Shown piece by piece: positions 7,793 to 16,168 of a stretch of DNA of 32,483 nucleotides. A program made the position numbers and the translations under genes. The stretch is from an uncultured Oscillospiraceae bacterium. Lineage in GTDB: Bacteria > Bacillota > Clostridia > Saccharofermentanales > UBA5734. Under the pieces are notes generated by a model that worked only from the letters and a program-made list of their open reading frames with translations, was not told where the DNA came from and did no database searches. How positions within the stretch are numbered: position 1 is the first letter of the stretch; each line of letters starts with the position of its first letter. The stretch is taken from contig CAZBKR010000003.1 of NCBI GenBank assembly GCA_964492455.1, forward strand, positions 1 to 32,483, in the 5' to 3' direction.

Positions 7793-8362
7793 ATGCAGCT
7801 GATTCACGTGTTCGGAGCATCCGGATCCGGTACGACGACAATGGGGCGGGCGATCGCATCCGCATACGGGTATATCCACCTGGATTCCGACGATTTTTTC
7901 TGGGAACCGTCCGATCCGCCGTTTCAGCGGACCCGTACGGTGGAGGAGCGGGCCGAACGGTTGCGCGATGCGGTCGGGCAGGACGGCTTTTATGTCTTGT
8001 CCGGATCCCTGTGCGGCTGGGGGGATTTTCTGATCCCCCGGTTTGATCTGGCCGTCCGGCTCGTGACCCCCACCGACATCCGGATCCAACGGTTGGCGGA
8101 GCGGGAAAAAGACCGGTTTGGCGCCCGGATTCTCCCTGGCGGAGACATGTACGACAACCACCGTGAGTTCCTGGATTGGGCGGCCACCTATGACATCGCG
8201 GGACCCGACCAGCGAAGCCGTGCGTTGCACGACCAATGGTCGCTTCACCTGCGTTGTCCGTGTCTTGTCGTGGACGGTTCCCGTCCGGTGTCCGATTTGC
8301 TCAAAGAACTGGAACCTCATATCCAGAAAAATCCCGCCGCGGAAGCGGGTATAGGAGAATGA
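7793..8362 (+). CDS. P-loop NTPase/kinase, adenylate-kinase or FlaR-like (AAA family ATPase)
   Basis: A Walker A motif (GASGSGTTT) lies at the N-terminus, followed by IHLDSDDFFWEP as in topology-modulation/adenylate-kinase-like small kinases. AAGGAG lies 7 nt upstream of the ATG at 7793. The track start at 7616 overlaps nfeD and is rejected. Confidence 0.75.
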   Translation: MQLIHVFGASGSGTTTMGRAIASAYGYIHLDSDDFFWEPSDPPFQRTRTVEERAERLRDAVGQDGFYVLSGSLCGWGDFLIPRFDLAVRLVTPTDIRIQRLAEREKDRFGARILPGGDMYDNHREFLDWAATYDIAGPDQRSRALHDQWSLHLRCPCLVVDGSRPVSDLLKELEPHIQKNPAAEAGIGE

Positions 8363-8397
8363 GGGCTTGAACGGCCTGACAGAAAGGCACTGATAAC

Positions 8398-9141
8398 GTG
8401 ATGGGAAATCAACGAGTGTACCTTTACGAAACACATCTGCACACTTCGGAAGCCAGCGCTTGTGCGCGCTGGACCGGAGCGGAGGCGGCACGCGCCTGCC
8501 TGGCAGCCGGATATGCGGGCATCGTGGTGACCGATCATTTTGCCGGCGGCAATACCGGGATCGATCGGTCGCTCCCCTGGACTGCCTGGGTGGACGCGTT
8601 CGAACAAGGGTATCTCCATGCGAAAGAAGAAGGCGACCGGATCGGGTTGCAGGTGTTCTTCGGATGGGAAGCCGGCTATCAGGGGACCGAGTTTCTCGTA
8701 TATGGTCCGGACGCGAACTGGTTACGCGCACATCCTGAAATCCGAGACGCAACGATAGAGGAGCAGTTCCGGCTGATCCGGACAGAGGGCGGCCTGGTGG
8801 TGCACGCGCATCCCTTCCGGGAGGAACCGTACATTCCCGCCATCCGGTTGTTTCCGGACCTGGTCGATGCGGTCGAGGTCTGCAACGCGACTCACAGCAG
8901 CCCCAAAAGCTTCAGCCACAACCAGCCGTCCTATGACCGGCTGGCATTGGCATACGCACTGAAGCACGGCCTGCCGATGACTGCGGGATCCGATATTCAC
9001 AACAGTGTGATGCTGGACGGCGGCATGGTGTTTCATCGACGGTTGAATGATCTTCGGGATTTTATCCGGGCGGTTCGGGAGCGGGAACCCTGCTTCCTGC
9101 TGGATGGGAGTGCAGGCAGGTCAATCTGGTCCGGAAGATAG
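8398..9141 (+). CDS. PHP-domain metal-dependent phosphoesterase
   Basis: The translation YETHLHTSEASAC...GIVVTDHF...VHAHPFRE...AGSDIHN shows the His/Asp-rich PHP motif series. The start is GTG 8398 or ATG 8401. Confidence 0.8.
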   Translation: MMGNQRVYLYETHLHTSEASACARWTGAEAARACLAAGYAGIVVTDHFAGGNTGIDRSLPWTAWVDAFEQGYLHAKEEGDRIGLQVFFGWEAGYQGTEFLVYGPDANWLRAHPEIRDATIEEQFRLIRTEGGLVVHAHPFREEPYIPAIRLFPDLVDAVEVCNATHSSPKSFSHNQPSYDRLALAYALKHGLPMTAGSDIHNSVMLDGGMVFHRRLNDLRDFIRAVREREPCFLLDGSAGRSIWSGR

Positions 9142-9180
9142 ACTGCCATCGTGCAGCATCGCGGAAGAGGAGATAAGCTC

Positions 9181-10089
9181 ATGCGCGATTTCATCACCAT
9201 GCTGGACTACACACCCGCAGAATTGACCGCTTTGCTGGATCGGGCGGATGAGCTGGCTGCGGCCTGGCAGGCGGGAACGATGCCCCGCAGTCTGACGGGA
9301 CGCCAGGTAGGGCTGTGGTTTTACGGACATGGGTTCCGCAATCGTGTCGCGTTTGAAATCGGCGCCCGTGCGATGGGGGCTTCGGTGTCCTGTATTCCCG
9401 GGGAACTCGGGGTTCACGAACCCCTCGAGGACATGGGCGGATATCTGGACAACTGGTACGACGTGCTGGTCGCGCGTGCCAGGGATCACGATCAGTTGTG
9501 CGCTTTGGCGGACAGCATGTCCGCACCGGTCATCAGCGCGCGGACCGATCGGGGACATCCCTGCGAAATCCTCGGAGACCTTCAATACATCCGGCGGTGC
9601 CGGGGATCACTGGAAGGACTCGAAGTGGTCTTTTTTGGCGAAGTGACCAACCTGTGCGTGAGCTGGTTCGAAGCGGCCGCCCGGTTCCCGATCCATGTGA
9701 CCCAGATCGCACCGCCCGGTTGGCTGGCAACGCCGGATAGTCTTGTGCCCTGCAGGACGGCTGCTGTCGGTACGATCGAAACCCGGGAGGAGGAAGGCGA
9801 TCTTCTGGATCGCGCGGATGTGCTGTACACTGATTGCTGGCCGCGAGGCAGGGATGACACAGATAACGACCGGATTGCGGCCGCATTCCTGCCCTACCGG
9901 ATCACAGGTGAGAGGATGTCCCGGATGCGTGCGGAGGCATTTTTCCTCCCTTGTCCTCCTGTCACGCGAGGCCAGGAGGTGTCCGTGGACGCGATGCGGT
10001 CTCCGCTGTGCCGCAACCGGGAAGCAAAGGCATATTTACTGCACGCGCAGAACGCCGTACTGGAAGCAGTACTCACGTTGGATGCATAA
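9181..10089 (+). CDS. Aspartate/ornithine carbamoyltransferase-fold protein with non-canonical active-site motifs
   Basis: The protein is co-linear with ornithine carbamoyltransferases, but its motifs differ. It has GFRNR instead of STRTR (nt 9331-9345) and HPCE instead of HPTQ (nt 9556-9567). It has DCWPRG instead of DxWxSMG, and LPCPP...RGQEV instead of HCLP...RG.EV. GAAGAGGAG lies 8 nt upstream of the ATG at 9181. Confidence 0.8.
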   Translation: MRDFITMLDYTPAELTALLDRADELAAAWQAGTMPRSLTGRQVGLWFYGHGFRNRVAFEIGARAMGASVSCIPGELGVHEPLEDMGGYLDNWYDVLVARARDHDQLCALADSMSAPVISARTDRGHPCEILGDLQYIRRCRGSLEGLEVVFFGEVTNLCVSWFEAAARFPIHVTQIAPPGWLATPDSLVPCRTAAVGTIETREEEGDLLDRADVLYTDCWPRGRDDTDNDRIAAAFLPYRITGERMSRMRAEAFFLPCPPVTRGQEVSVDAMRSPLCRNREAKAYLLHAQNAVLEAVLTLDA

Positions 10090-10114
10090 AAAACGGTGAA
10101 GAGGTATTCGCTTT

Positions 10115-10609
10115 ATGGTATCTGATTATGGAAACTCTGCAGCGCTGTCTCTCCGTCCGATCGACGCGGACAATTTTTGGGACATTATCGGGCTGGAAGT
10201 CGCAGACGGACAACAGGATTTTGTACTGTCCAACGCGGTCTCGATCGCGCAGGCCAGAGTACAGCCGGAATGTGTGCCGCTGGCTATATACAACGGGGAC
10301 ACACCGGTGGGGTTTGTCATGTATTGTCTGGATCGCGATGACGGCGAGTACTGGATATACCGGTTGATGATCGACCAGGTACACCAGGGGAAAGGACTGG
10401 CGAAAGAGGCAATGCGATATGTCCTGCGGGAGATCGCGCTGGACAGGTCCCGGGACAAAGTCTATCTCGGCGTCCGGCAGGAAAATGAAAACGCGGTAGA
10501 ATTGTATCAGAAGCTCGGATTCCGGTTCGACGGACGGGTCTATGGGCATGAACACATCATGGTGTTGCCGTCGCTTGAACCATTCAGAGAAAGGTTGGAC
10601 GGGAAATGA
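10115..10609 (+). CDS. GNAT family N-acetyltransferase (diamine/spermidine acetyltransferase-like)
   Basis: An acetyl-CoA binding motif (MIDQVHQGKGLAKEAM) and the C-terminal NENAVELYQKLGF match the typical GNAT core. Confidence 0.85.
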   Translation: MVSDYGNSAALSLRPIDADNFWDIIGLEVADGQQDFVLSNAVSIAQARVQPECVPLAIYNGDTPVGFVMYCLDRDDGEYWIYRLMIDQVHQGKGLAKEAMRYVLREIALDRSRDKVYLGVRQENENAVELYQKLGFRFDGRVYGHEHIMVLPSLEPFRERLDGK

Positions 10610-11295
10610 AAAAGTACCTCGCGGAATTTGTCGGAACGTTCGTGCTGGTGTTCTTCAGTTGCGGGGCTGCTGCGATTTCCGGCGGAATCGAAGGGGTGTT
10701 GGGGGTGCTCGGCATCGCGATGGCGTTTGGTCTGTCCATCGTCGCGATGGCCTATGCCGTCGGACACGTCTCCGGATGCCATATCAACCCGGCTGTCTCC
10801 CTGGCGATGTGGATGGACGGGCGATTGCGCAGCAGCGAATTCGCTGGATATCTGGTTGCGCAGTTCGCAGGAGGGATCGCTGCCGCGGGCGTTCTCCGCG
10901 CGGTTATTGTCTTGTCGGATCTGGATATCGCCAAAACCGGGTTGGGCGCGGATGGATATGGTGCGCTGTCGTATGTCGGGCTCGGCCTGTGGGGCGCGCT
11001 CCTTGTGGAGATCATCCTGACCTGTATTTTTGTTTTGACGGTTCTGGGTGTCACATCCAGCGATAAAACAGCGGGCATCGCGGGCATCGTGATCGGCCTG
11101 ACCCTCACGTTTGTGCACATTCTCGGTATTCCTCTGACCGGCACCTCAGTCAACCCCGCGCGCAGCTTTGGTCCGGCGCTGCTCACCGGCGGAGAAGCTT
11201 TGTCTCAGGTCTGGGTTTTCCTGGTAGCTCCGATGATCGGCGCGGTCGCGGCTGCGCTTTTGTGGAAACTGTTTAAGCCTGCGAAGACAGGTTGA
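10606..11295 (+). CDS. aqpZ: Aquaporin Z
   Basis: The translation shows EFVGTFVLVF, two NPA boxes (HINPAVS and VNPARSFGPA) and six TM segments. The ATG overlaps the GNAT stop (ATGA at 10606-10609). Confidence 0.92.
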   Translation: MKKYLAEFVGTFVLVFFSCGAAAISGGIEGVLGVLGIAMAFGLSIVAMAYAVGHVSGCHINPAVSLAMWMDGRLRSSEFAGYLVAQFAGGIAAAGVLRAVIVLSDLDIAKTGLGADGYGALSYVGLGLWGALLVEIILTCIFVLTVLGVTSSDKTAGIAGIVIGLTLTFVHILGIPLTGTSVNPARSFGPALLTGGEALSQVWVFLVAPMIGAVAAALLWKLFKPAKTG

Positions 11296-11302
11296 CCCGA
11301 TT

Positions 11303-11944
11303 ATGGAGGAGCTCTCTTCTGGCGATATGATCTATTTCAAGTACGGAAATCTGGAAACCGACTTGCTGAAAGCGCAGGATCCTGTGCTGGGAACCCTGAT
11401 TGACCGGATGGGGCCGCTGCAGCGCGAGGTATATCTCGATCGGTTTCAGGCACTGGTCGACAGCATCGTAAGTCAGCAGATTTCGGGAAAAGCGGCACAA
11501 TCCGTCCTCGCCAGGCTTGAGCGTGTCACAGAAGGCATCTCTCCCGAGGCACTTGCAGGTGTCCCGGGAGAGATACTGCGTACCTGCGGTTTGTCGGAAC
11601 GAAAAGTCGGCTGGATCCAGAACCTCGCACGAGAGGTCACGAACGGGCGGTTGGATCTCGATGGACTGGATGCGCTGGGGGATGACGAGGTAGTGGCACG
11701 TTTGGTCACACTCCCCGGGATTGGGACCTGGTCCGCAGAGATGTTCCTGATCTTCGCGATGCAAAGGCCGGATGTGGTGAGCTGGGGGGATTTCGGAATC
11801 CGCCGTGGCATGTCGCTGCTGTACGGACTTGAAACGCTCGATCGAAAAGAGTTTCTGGTCCGCCGGCAAGCATACTCTCCCTGCGGGACGGTCGCATCGC
11901 TGTACCTTTGGGCCGTTCCGACGCGGGAAGGGGCTATCTCGTAA
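11303..11944 (+). CDS. DNA-3-methyladenine glycosylase II-like (HhH-GPD superfamily, AlkA/Mag type)
   Basis: The translation shows SQQISGKAAQSV, a helix-hairpin-helix (LVTLPGIGTWSAEMFLIF) and a catalytic-Asp region (VVSWGDFGIRRG). Confidence 0.8.
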   Translation: MEELSSGDMIYFKYGNLETDLLKAQDPVLGTLIDRMGPLQREVYLDRFQALVDSIVSQQISGKAAQSVLARLERVTEGISPEALAGVPGEILRTCGLSERKVGWIQNLAREVTNGRLDLDGLDALGDDEVVARLVTLPGIGTWSAEMFLIFAMQRPDVVSWGDFGIRRGMSLLYGLETLDRKEFLVRRQAYSPCGTVASLYLWAVPTREGAIS

Positions 11945-12114
11945 TAACCCTTTCGGGATTGCCCTGTATTCCGGCTTCTATATGACTTTTTCCTTTACTG
12001 CGCACATAAACCGGCTTTTTGTGAATGAATTCTGCCCTGTGCTGGTTTCCGCTTCTTCGCCGTGCCGGTACACTCTTTGTACCTCGAATAAGACACGCGA
12101 AGGAGTATGAAAAC

Positions 12115-13371
12115 ATGGATCAGGCCGCCACTGTATGGACGACCTCACGATCAAACCGATGGATCCCGGTGATTGCAAGTATTTTTATTCAGCTGTGCCT
12201 TGGAACCGCTTATATCTGGAGTGTGTTCCAGTCCCATCTGATCATCGGACCATCGACCCCTGACGCATTGTTTCACTGGCCCGCTACACACGGAACGCTG
12301 GCCTACTCGCTATTGATCGGCGTTCTGGCCATCGGCAGCACGGTCGGAGGTCGGTTGACCTCGCGTTTTAGCATGCGGGCGATCATCGCAGCCGCGGGTG
12401 TCATTCTGGGCGGTGGTTTCTGGCTGGCACAATATACGACGGAATCCACTCCCTGGGTGCTGTGGCTGTCCTATGGCATTCTGGGAGGATTCGGTATGGG
12501 AATGGCATATACGACCACCATTGCCTGCTGTCAGAAATGGTTTCCCGATAAGCGCGGTCTGATCACCGGGATCATCGTATCGGCACTCGGATTCGGTGGG
12601 CTGGTCTTTACCCCGGTCGCGGAGACACTGATCGCATCGCGCGGGGTGCTGTCCTCGTTTGGTGTCTTCGGATTGCTTTTTGTCGCGGTCTGTTTCATCG
12701 GATCGTTTTTCATCCACAATCCGCCAGAAGGATTCCGGCCGGAAGGATGGATCCCTCCTGTGCCGCGGGACGGCATATCCGTACAGACTTTTACGGTGCG
12801 GGAAGCGATCCGGACGCCCCAGTTCGCCATATTAGCGATCGCATTCATGTGCGCGACCGCAGCGGGATCGATGATGATTCCGATGGCAAAGATTCTGGGA
12901 CTCCAGCCCGACAGTGGTCTGTCCCGGCAAGCAGCTGTGTCCGGCGTCATGATCATCACCGGGTTCAATTCGTTCGGCCGGCTTTTCTGGGGGTGGGTAT
13001 CAGACCGCCTCGGTAGAAAGCGGACCATTCTGGTTCTACTTGTAATCGCCGCCGCCTCCATCGTTGGGGTGTCGTTTGCAAAGTCCTATCTGATGCTTGC
13101 TTTCATTGCTGCGATCGGATTCTCTTACGGGGGATTTCTCGGGGTGTTTCCTGCGCTGACCGCTGATTACTGGGGAGCACGGCATGTCGCGACGATCTAC
13201 GGCATCCTTCTGATCGGATTCGGTGCGGGTGCCGTGGCTTCTTCCTACACAGTCGCCTGGTTCAGTGCCGCCAAGGCATATGGTACGGCTTTTGCCATCG
13301 CCGGTGGTGCCGCATTGCTTGGGTTTGTGATTATGTCCCTTCTCCGGCCCCCGCGGCGCAAACCGGACTGA
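12115..13371 (+). CDS. MFS transporter, oxalate/formate antiporter (OFA) family
   Basis: The protein has about 12 TM segments and the N-terminal signature CLGTAYIWSVFQ typical of the OFA subfamily. AGGAG lies 9 nt upstream of the ATG at 12115, so the track start at 12025 is rejected. Confidence 0.85.
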   Translation: MDQAATVWTTSRSNRWIPVIASIFIQLCLGTAYIWSVFQSHLIIGPSTPDALFHWPATHGTLAYSLLIGVLAIGSTVGGRLTSRFSMRAIIAAAGVILGGGFWLAQYTTESTPWVLWLSYGILGGFGMGMAYTTTIACCQKWFPDKRGLITGIIVSALGFGGLVFTPVAETLIASRGVLSSFGVFGLLFVAVCFIGSFFIHNPPEGFRPEGWIPPVPRDGISVQTFTVREAIRTPQFAILAIAFMCATAAGSMMIPMAKILGLQPDSGLSRQAAVSGVMIITGFNSFGRLFWGWVSDRLGRKRTILVLLVIAAASIVGVSFAKSYLMLAFIAAIGFSYGGFLGVFPALTADYWGARHVATIYGILLIGFGAGAVASSYTVAWFSAAKAYGTAFAIAGGAALLGFVIMSLLRPPRRKPD

Positions 13372-13377
13372 CCACTG

Positions 13378-13423
13378 CGGCGGCCATGCGGGACAGTTGT
13401 CTTGCATGGCCGCCGTTTTCTTT
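13378..13423 (+). terminator. Rho-independent terminator downstream of the MFS gene
   Basis: CGGCGGCCATGC (13378-13389) pairs perfectly with GCATGGCCGCCG (13404-13415). Further pairs extend the stem to an AGTT tetraloop. TTTTCTTT follows immediately. Confidence 0.8.
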
Positions 13424-13477
13424 GGATGTGAGGTAGAATGGGAACAATATCATTCGGCCATCCAGAAGGAGTTTCGT

Positions 13478-14251
13478 ATGTCCCCACCCTCTTATGCGGC
13501 CGACTGGCCGGTACTCTGCTTTGGTGACAGCCTGACTTACGGCCCACCAGGCATCCCATTTATACGTTATTTCCGACACCGGGAAAGATATCACAATCTG
13601 GGGGTCGGCAGTGACACTCTGACCGGTATGACACAGCGCATTCTGCCCTGTCTGGGAGATCCGGACAACAGGGAGTTCATCATCGGGATCGGCACCAATG
13701 ATCTGTTGCTGCCACATATGGAAAAGCGTTCGGAGCCATGGCGGCTCACGGTCGAGCTGATGGTTGCGCACGGCAAGGTCATCCTGAGGGATCTGGACTC
13801 TTTCATCGATGGATACACATATCTGATGGATCGTGTCGTCGACGCCGGGAAACAGGCGACCGTATTCGGGATGCCCTGCATCGGGGAAGACATCACCACC
13901 GAACTCAACCGGCAGGCAGATATCTACAATCAGGCGATCCACACCATCTGCCGGGAACGCGGGATTCCGTTTGTCGATTTCAAACGGTTTCAGCAGAGGA
14001 AAATCCGCCAGAGGGGCGGGAATAATCCTTATCTTCTATCGGAGGATCCGTCAAAAGCGATTCGCGATTCCGTCTGGACGACGTTGCTTCCGCTAGCGGA
14101 CAAAGTCTCGGACCGCAGAGGTCTGGTGATGACAGTAGACGGGGTTCACCTCAATCACGCATCCGCCCGGCTGCTGGCCCGGCTGCTCGAACGGGCAAGG
14201 GGAATTCGCGGCCGGTCGGGATCCGAACGAAACCAGAACGGGGACGCGTAA
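13478..14251 (+). CDS. SGNH/GDSL-family hydrolase (esterase/lipase-like)
   Basis: Block I (VLCFGDSLTYG) carries the nucleophile Ser, GIGTNDL is block III, and a late DGVHLN carries the catalytic His. GAAGGAG lies 6 nt upstream of the ATG at 13478. The track start at 13397 lies inside the terminator hairpin. Confidence 0.8.
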   Translation: MSPPSYAADWPVLCFGDSLTYGPPGIPFIRYFRHRERYHNLGVGSDTLTGMTQRILPCLGDPDNREFIIGIGTNDLLLPHMEKRSEPWRLTVELMVAHGKVILRDLDSFIDGYTYLMDRVVDAGKQATVFGMPCIGEDITTELNRQADIYNQAIHTICRERGIPFVDFKRFQQRKIRQRGGNNPYLLSEDPSKAIRDSVWTTLLPLADKVSDRRGLVMTVDGVHLNHASARLLARLLERARGIRGRSGSERNQNGDA

Positions 14252-14267
14252 GCTTCGTAGACCGGGA

Positions 14268-15632
14268 ATGCAGGAAAGGAATCTCATCGTGGTGCCCTGG
14301 AACATCGTCTATCTGCACACGCATGACAGCGGACGGTATTGGAGCCCCTTCGGACATGCCTTGCCGACCCCCCGCATCCACGCGTTTGCACGGGAGAGTA
14401 CGCTCTTCCGGCAGTGTTACAGCGCCGCTCCCACCTGTTCCCCCAGCCGTGCAGCGTTGCTGACCGGAATGAGTGCTCACGCCTGTGGAATGACCGGACT
14501 TGCTCACCGCGGATTCCAGCTGGATGACTACAACCGGCATCTGGTCCGTTTTCTGGGCCGAAGCGGATGGAAAACCGCGCTGTGCGGGATCCAGCACGAA
14601 GCACCCGAAGCAGCGCGTATCGGATACGGAGAAATCCTGGCTGGTATCCACGACGATATGGGAAAAACCGCGCAGTCGCTCGAAGAATGGGATCGCGCCA
14701 ACACCGGTGTGGCCTGCGAGTGGCTGGCAGCACAACAGGGACAGCAGCACCCTTTCTTTTTATCGATGGGTTGGTTCAATACACACCGCACCTACCCGAA
14801 AGCCGGAGCCGATATCGATCCGGATACCCTGCAGGTTCCCTGGCCATTGACTGACAGCAAAGAAACGCGGAAAGACTTTGCGGACTACCATGCATCCGTG
14901 CGTGTGGTGGACGATTGTGTGGGGCGTATTCTCGACACTTTACATGAAACCGGGTTGATGGATCGGACGGTAGTACTCCTGACCACCGATCACGGAATTG
15001 CGTTTCCGCAGATGAAGTGCACCCTCTACGACACCGGCATCGGCGTCGGACTATTGCTGCGATTTCCGGGAAATCCTTCTGCGGGAAGCGTTACTGATGC
15101 GTTGGTCTCCCATCTCGACGTGTTTCCCACCCTGTGCGATCTGATCGGCCTGCCACCTCCCCCCTGGCTGGAGGGACATTCACTGGTTCCACTGCTGGAA
15201 GGCAGGAAAAAGAAGGTCCGGGAAGCGGTGTTTGCGGAGATCAACTACCACGCGGCTTACGAACCGGCCCGATGTGTCCGCACAGAACGATTCAAGCTGA
15301 TCCGCCGGTACGGCGACCGGGATCTGCCGGTGGTGTGCAACGTGGACGGTAGCCTGAGTAAAACCCGCCTGCTGGCAGATGGTGGACTGCGCACTCCGCA
15401 GGATCGGGAAGCGCTCTACGATCTCCGGCTGGATCCGGTCGAGCGGATCAATCTCGCCGCCGACCCGGCCTATCGAACGGTTCTCGCGTCATTGTCATCA
15501 CGCATGGACGAATGGATGCGCCGGACAGGGGATCCGCTGCTGCCGGAAGGGGTGCGCGTCCCAAAACCCGCGGGTGCCCGCATCAACCGGCAGGACTGCG
15601 AAGATGCCACCTTGCCGGAATGGGAGGAGTAG
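14268..15632 (+). CDS. Cys-type sulfatase (formylglycine-dependent arylsulfatase family)
   Basis: Sulfatase signature I (CSPSRAALLTGM) and the downstream LLTTDHGIAFP are present. The start may instead be GTG 14289, which has GGAAAGGAA 7 nt upstream. Confidence 0.88.
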   Translation: MQERNLIVVPWNIVYLHTHDSGRYWSPFGHALPTPRIHAFARESTLFRQCYSAAPTCSPSRAALLTGMSAHACGMTGLAHRGFQLDDYNRHLVRFLGRSGWKTALCGIQHEAPEAARIGYGEILAGIHDDMGKTAQSLEEWDRANTGVACEWLAAQQGQQHPFFLSMGWFNTHRTYPKAGADIDPDTLQVPWPLTDSKETRKDFADYHASVRVVDDCVGRILDTLHETGLMDRTVVLLTTDHGIAFPQMKCTLYDTGIGVGLLLRFPGNPSAGSVTDALVSHLDVFPTLCDLIGLPPPPWLEGHSLVPLLEGRKKKVREAVFAEINYHAAYEPARCVRTERFKLIRRYGDRDLPVVCNVDGSLSKTRLLADGGLRTPQDREALYDLRLDPVERINLAADPAYRTVLASLSSRMDEWMRRTGDPLLPEGVRVPKPAGARINRQDCEDATLPEWEE

Positions 15633-15649
15633 CATACAGGGAGCCTCTA

Positions 15650-16087
15650 TCACGGGACATCTCTGCTTTGCACAATCGGGTCGGATGCTGCACTTCCGGT
15701 CGAACCCCGGGCAGGATCCAGCACCTTGAGCCGCAGAAGATGAATCGTTACCCCGATGCCGACGGCGGCTGGAATCAGCCGGAGGTGCAGGGAGTCGATC
15801 AGGAGAGCGGAGATCCCCAGCGAGAGCCAAAGCAACAGTAATGTCCGGCGGCGCGCCTGCCTCCGGATCGCATGATGCTCCACATAATCCCGCACATATC
15901 CTCCGAGAACCGGGTGAGCGAGCACCCGCGCGTGCATGCGGGGGGAGCTGCGCAAAAAGCACCAGAGCGCTGCCAGAAGCAGAGGTGTGGTAGGAAGCAA
16001 AGGGACGAAGAGCCCGACGACAGCCACTCCCAGTGATAGGGAGCCGATTGTGAGCAATGCGGCTTTCTTGACGGATTTGGATTTCAT
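15650..16087 (-). CDS. YbaN/DUF454 family inner-membrane protein
   Basis: The translation GVAVVGLFVPLLPTTPLLLAALWCFLRSSPRMHARVL matches the conserved YbaN N-terminal pattern. The gene is convergent with the sulfatase gene (17-bp gap). Confidence 0.8.
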   Translation of the reverse strand: MKSKSVKKAALLTIGSLSLGVAVVGLFVPLLPTTPLLLAALWCFLRSSPRMHARVLAHPVLGGYVRDYVEHHAIRRQARRRTLLLLWLSLGISALLIDSLHLRLIPAAVGIGVTIHLLRLKVLDPARGSTGSAASDPIVQSRDVP

Positions 16088-16168
16088 ACCCTTTATTGTA
16101 AGCGAAGCGGGGTACCTGGATGAAGTCCTGTGTTACAAAGAGGCAGATGGATCGGGGAGGAGCGCGAC

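Noticed and set aside
7694-8752. A 352-aa minus-strand ORF
   Set aside because: It lies antisense to the P-loop kinase and PHP genes. Its composition is Arg/Pro-rich, and it has no motifs or RBS. I treat it as a GC-driven artefact.
11945-12114. The 170-nt leader upstream of the OFA transporter, and the 180-nt folD-eno spacer (31672-31850), examined as possible riboswitches or sRNAs
   Set aside because: I found no conserved riboswitch core motifs or convincing stable structure by eye. A covariance-model scan (Rfam/Infernal) would be needed.
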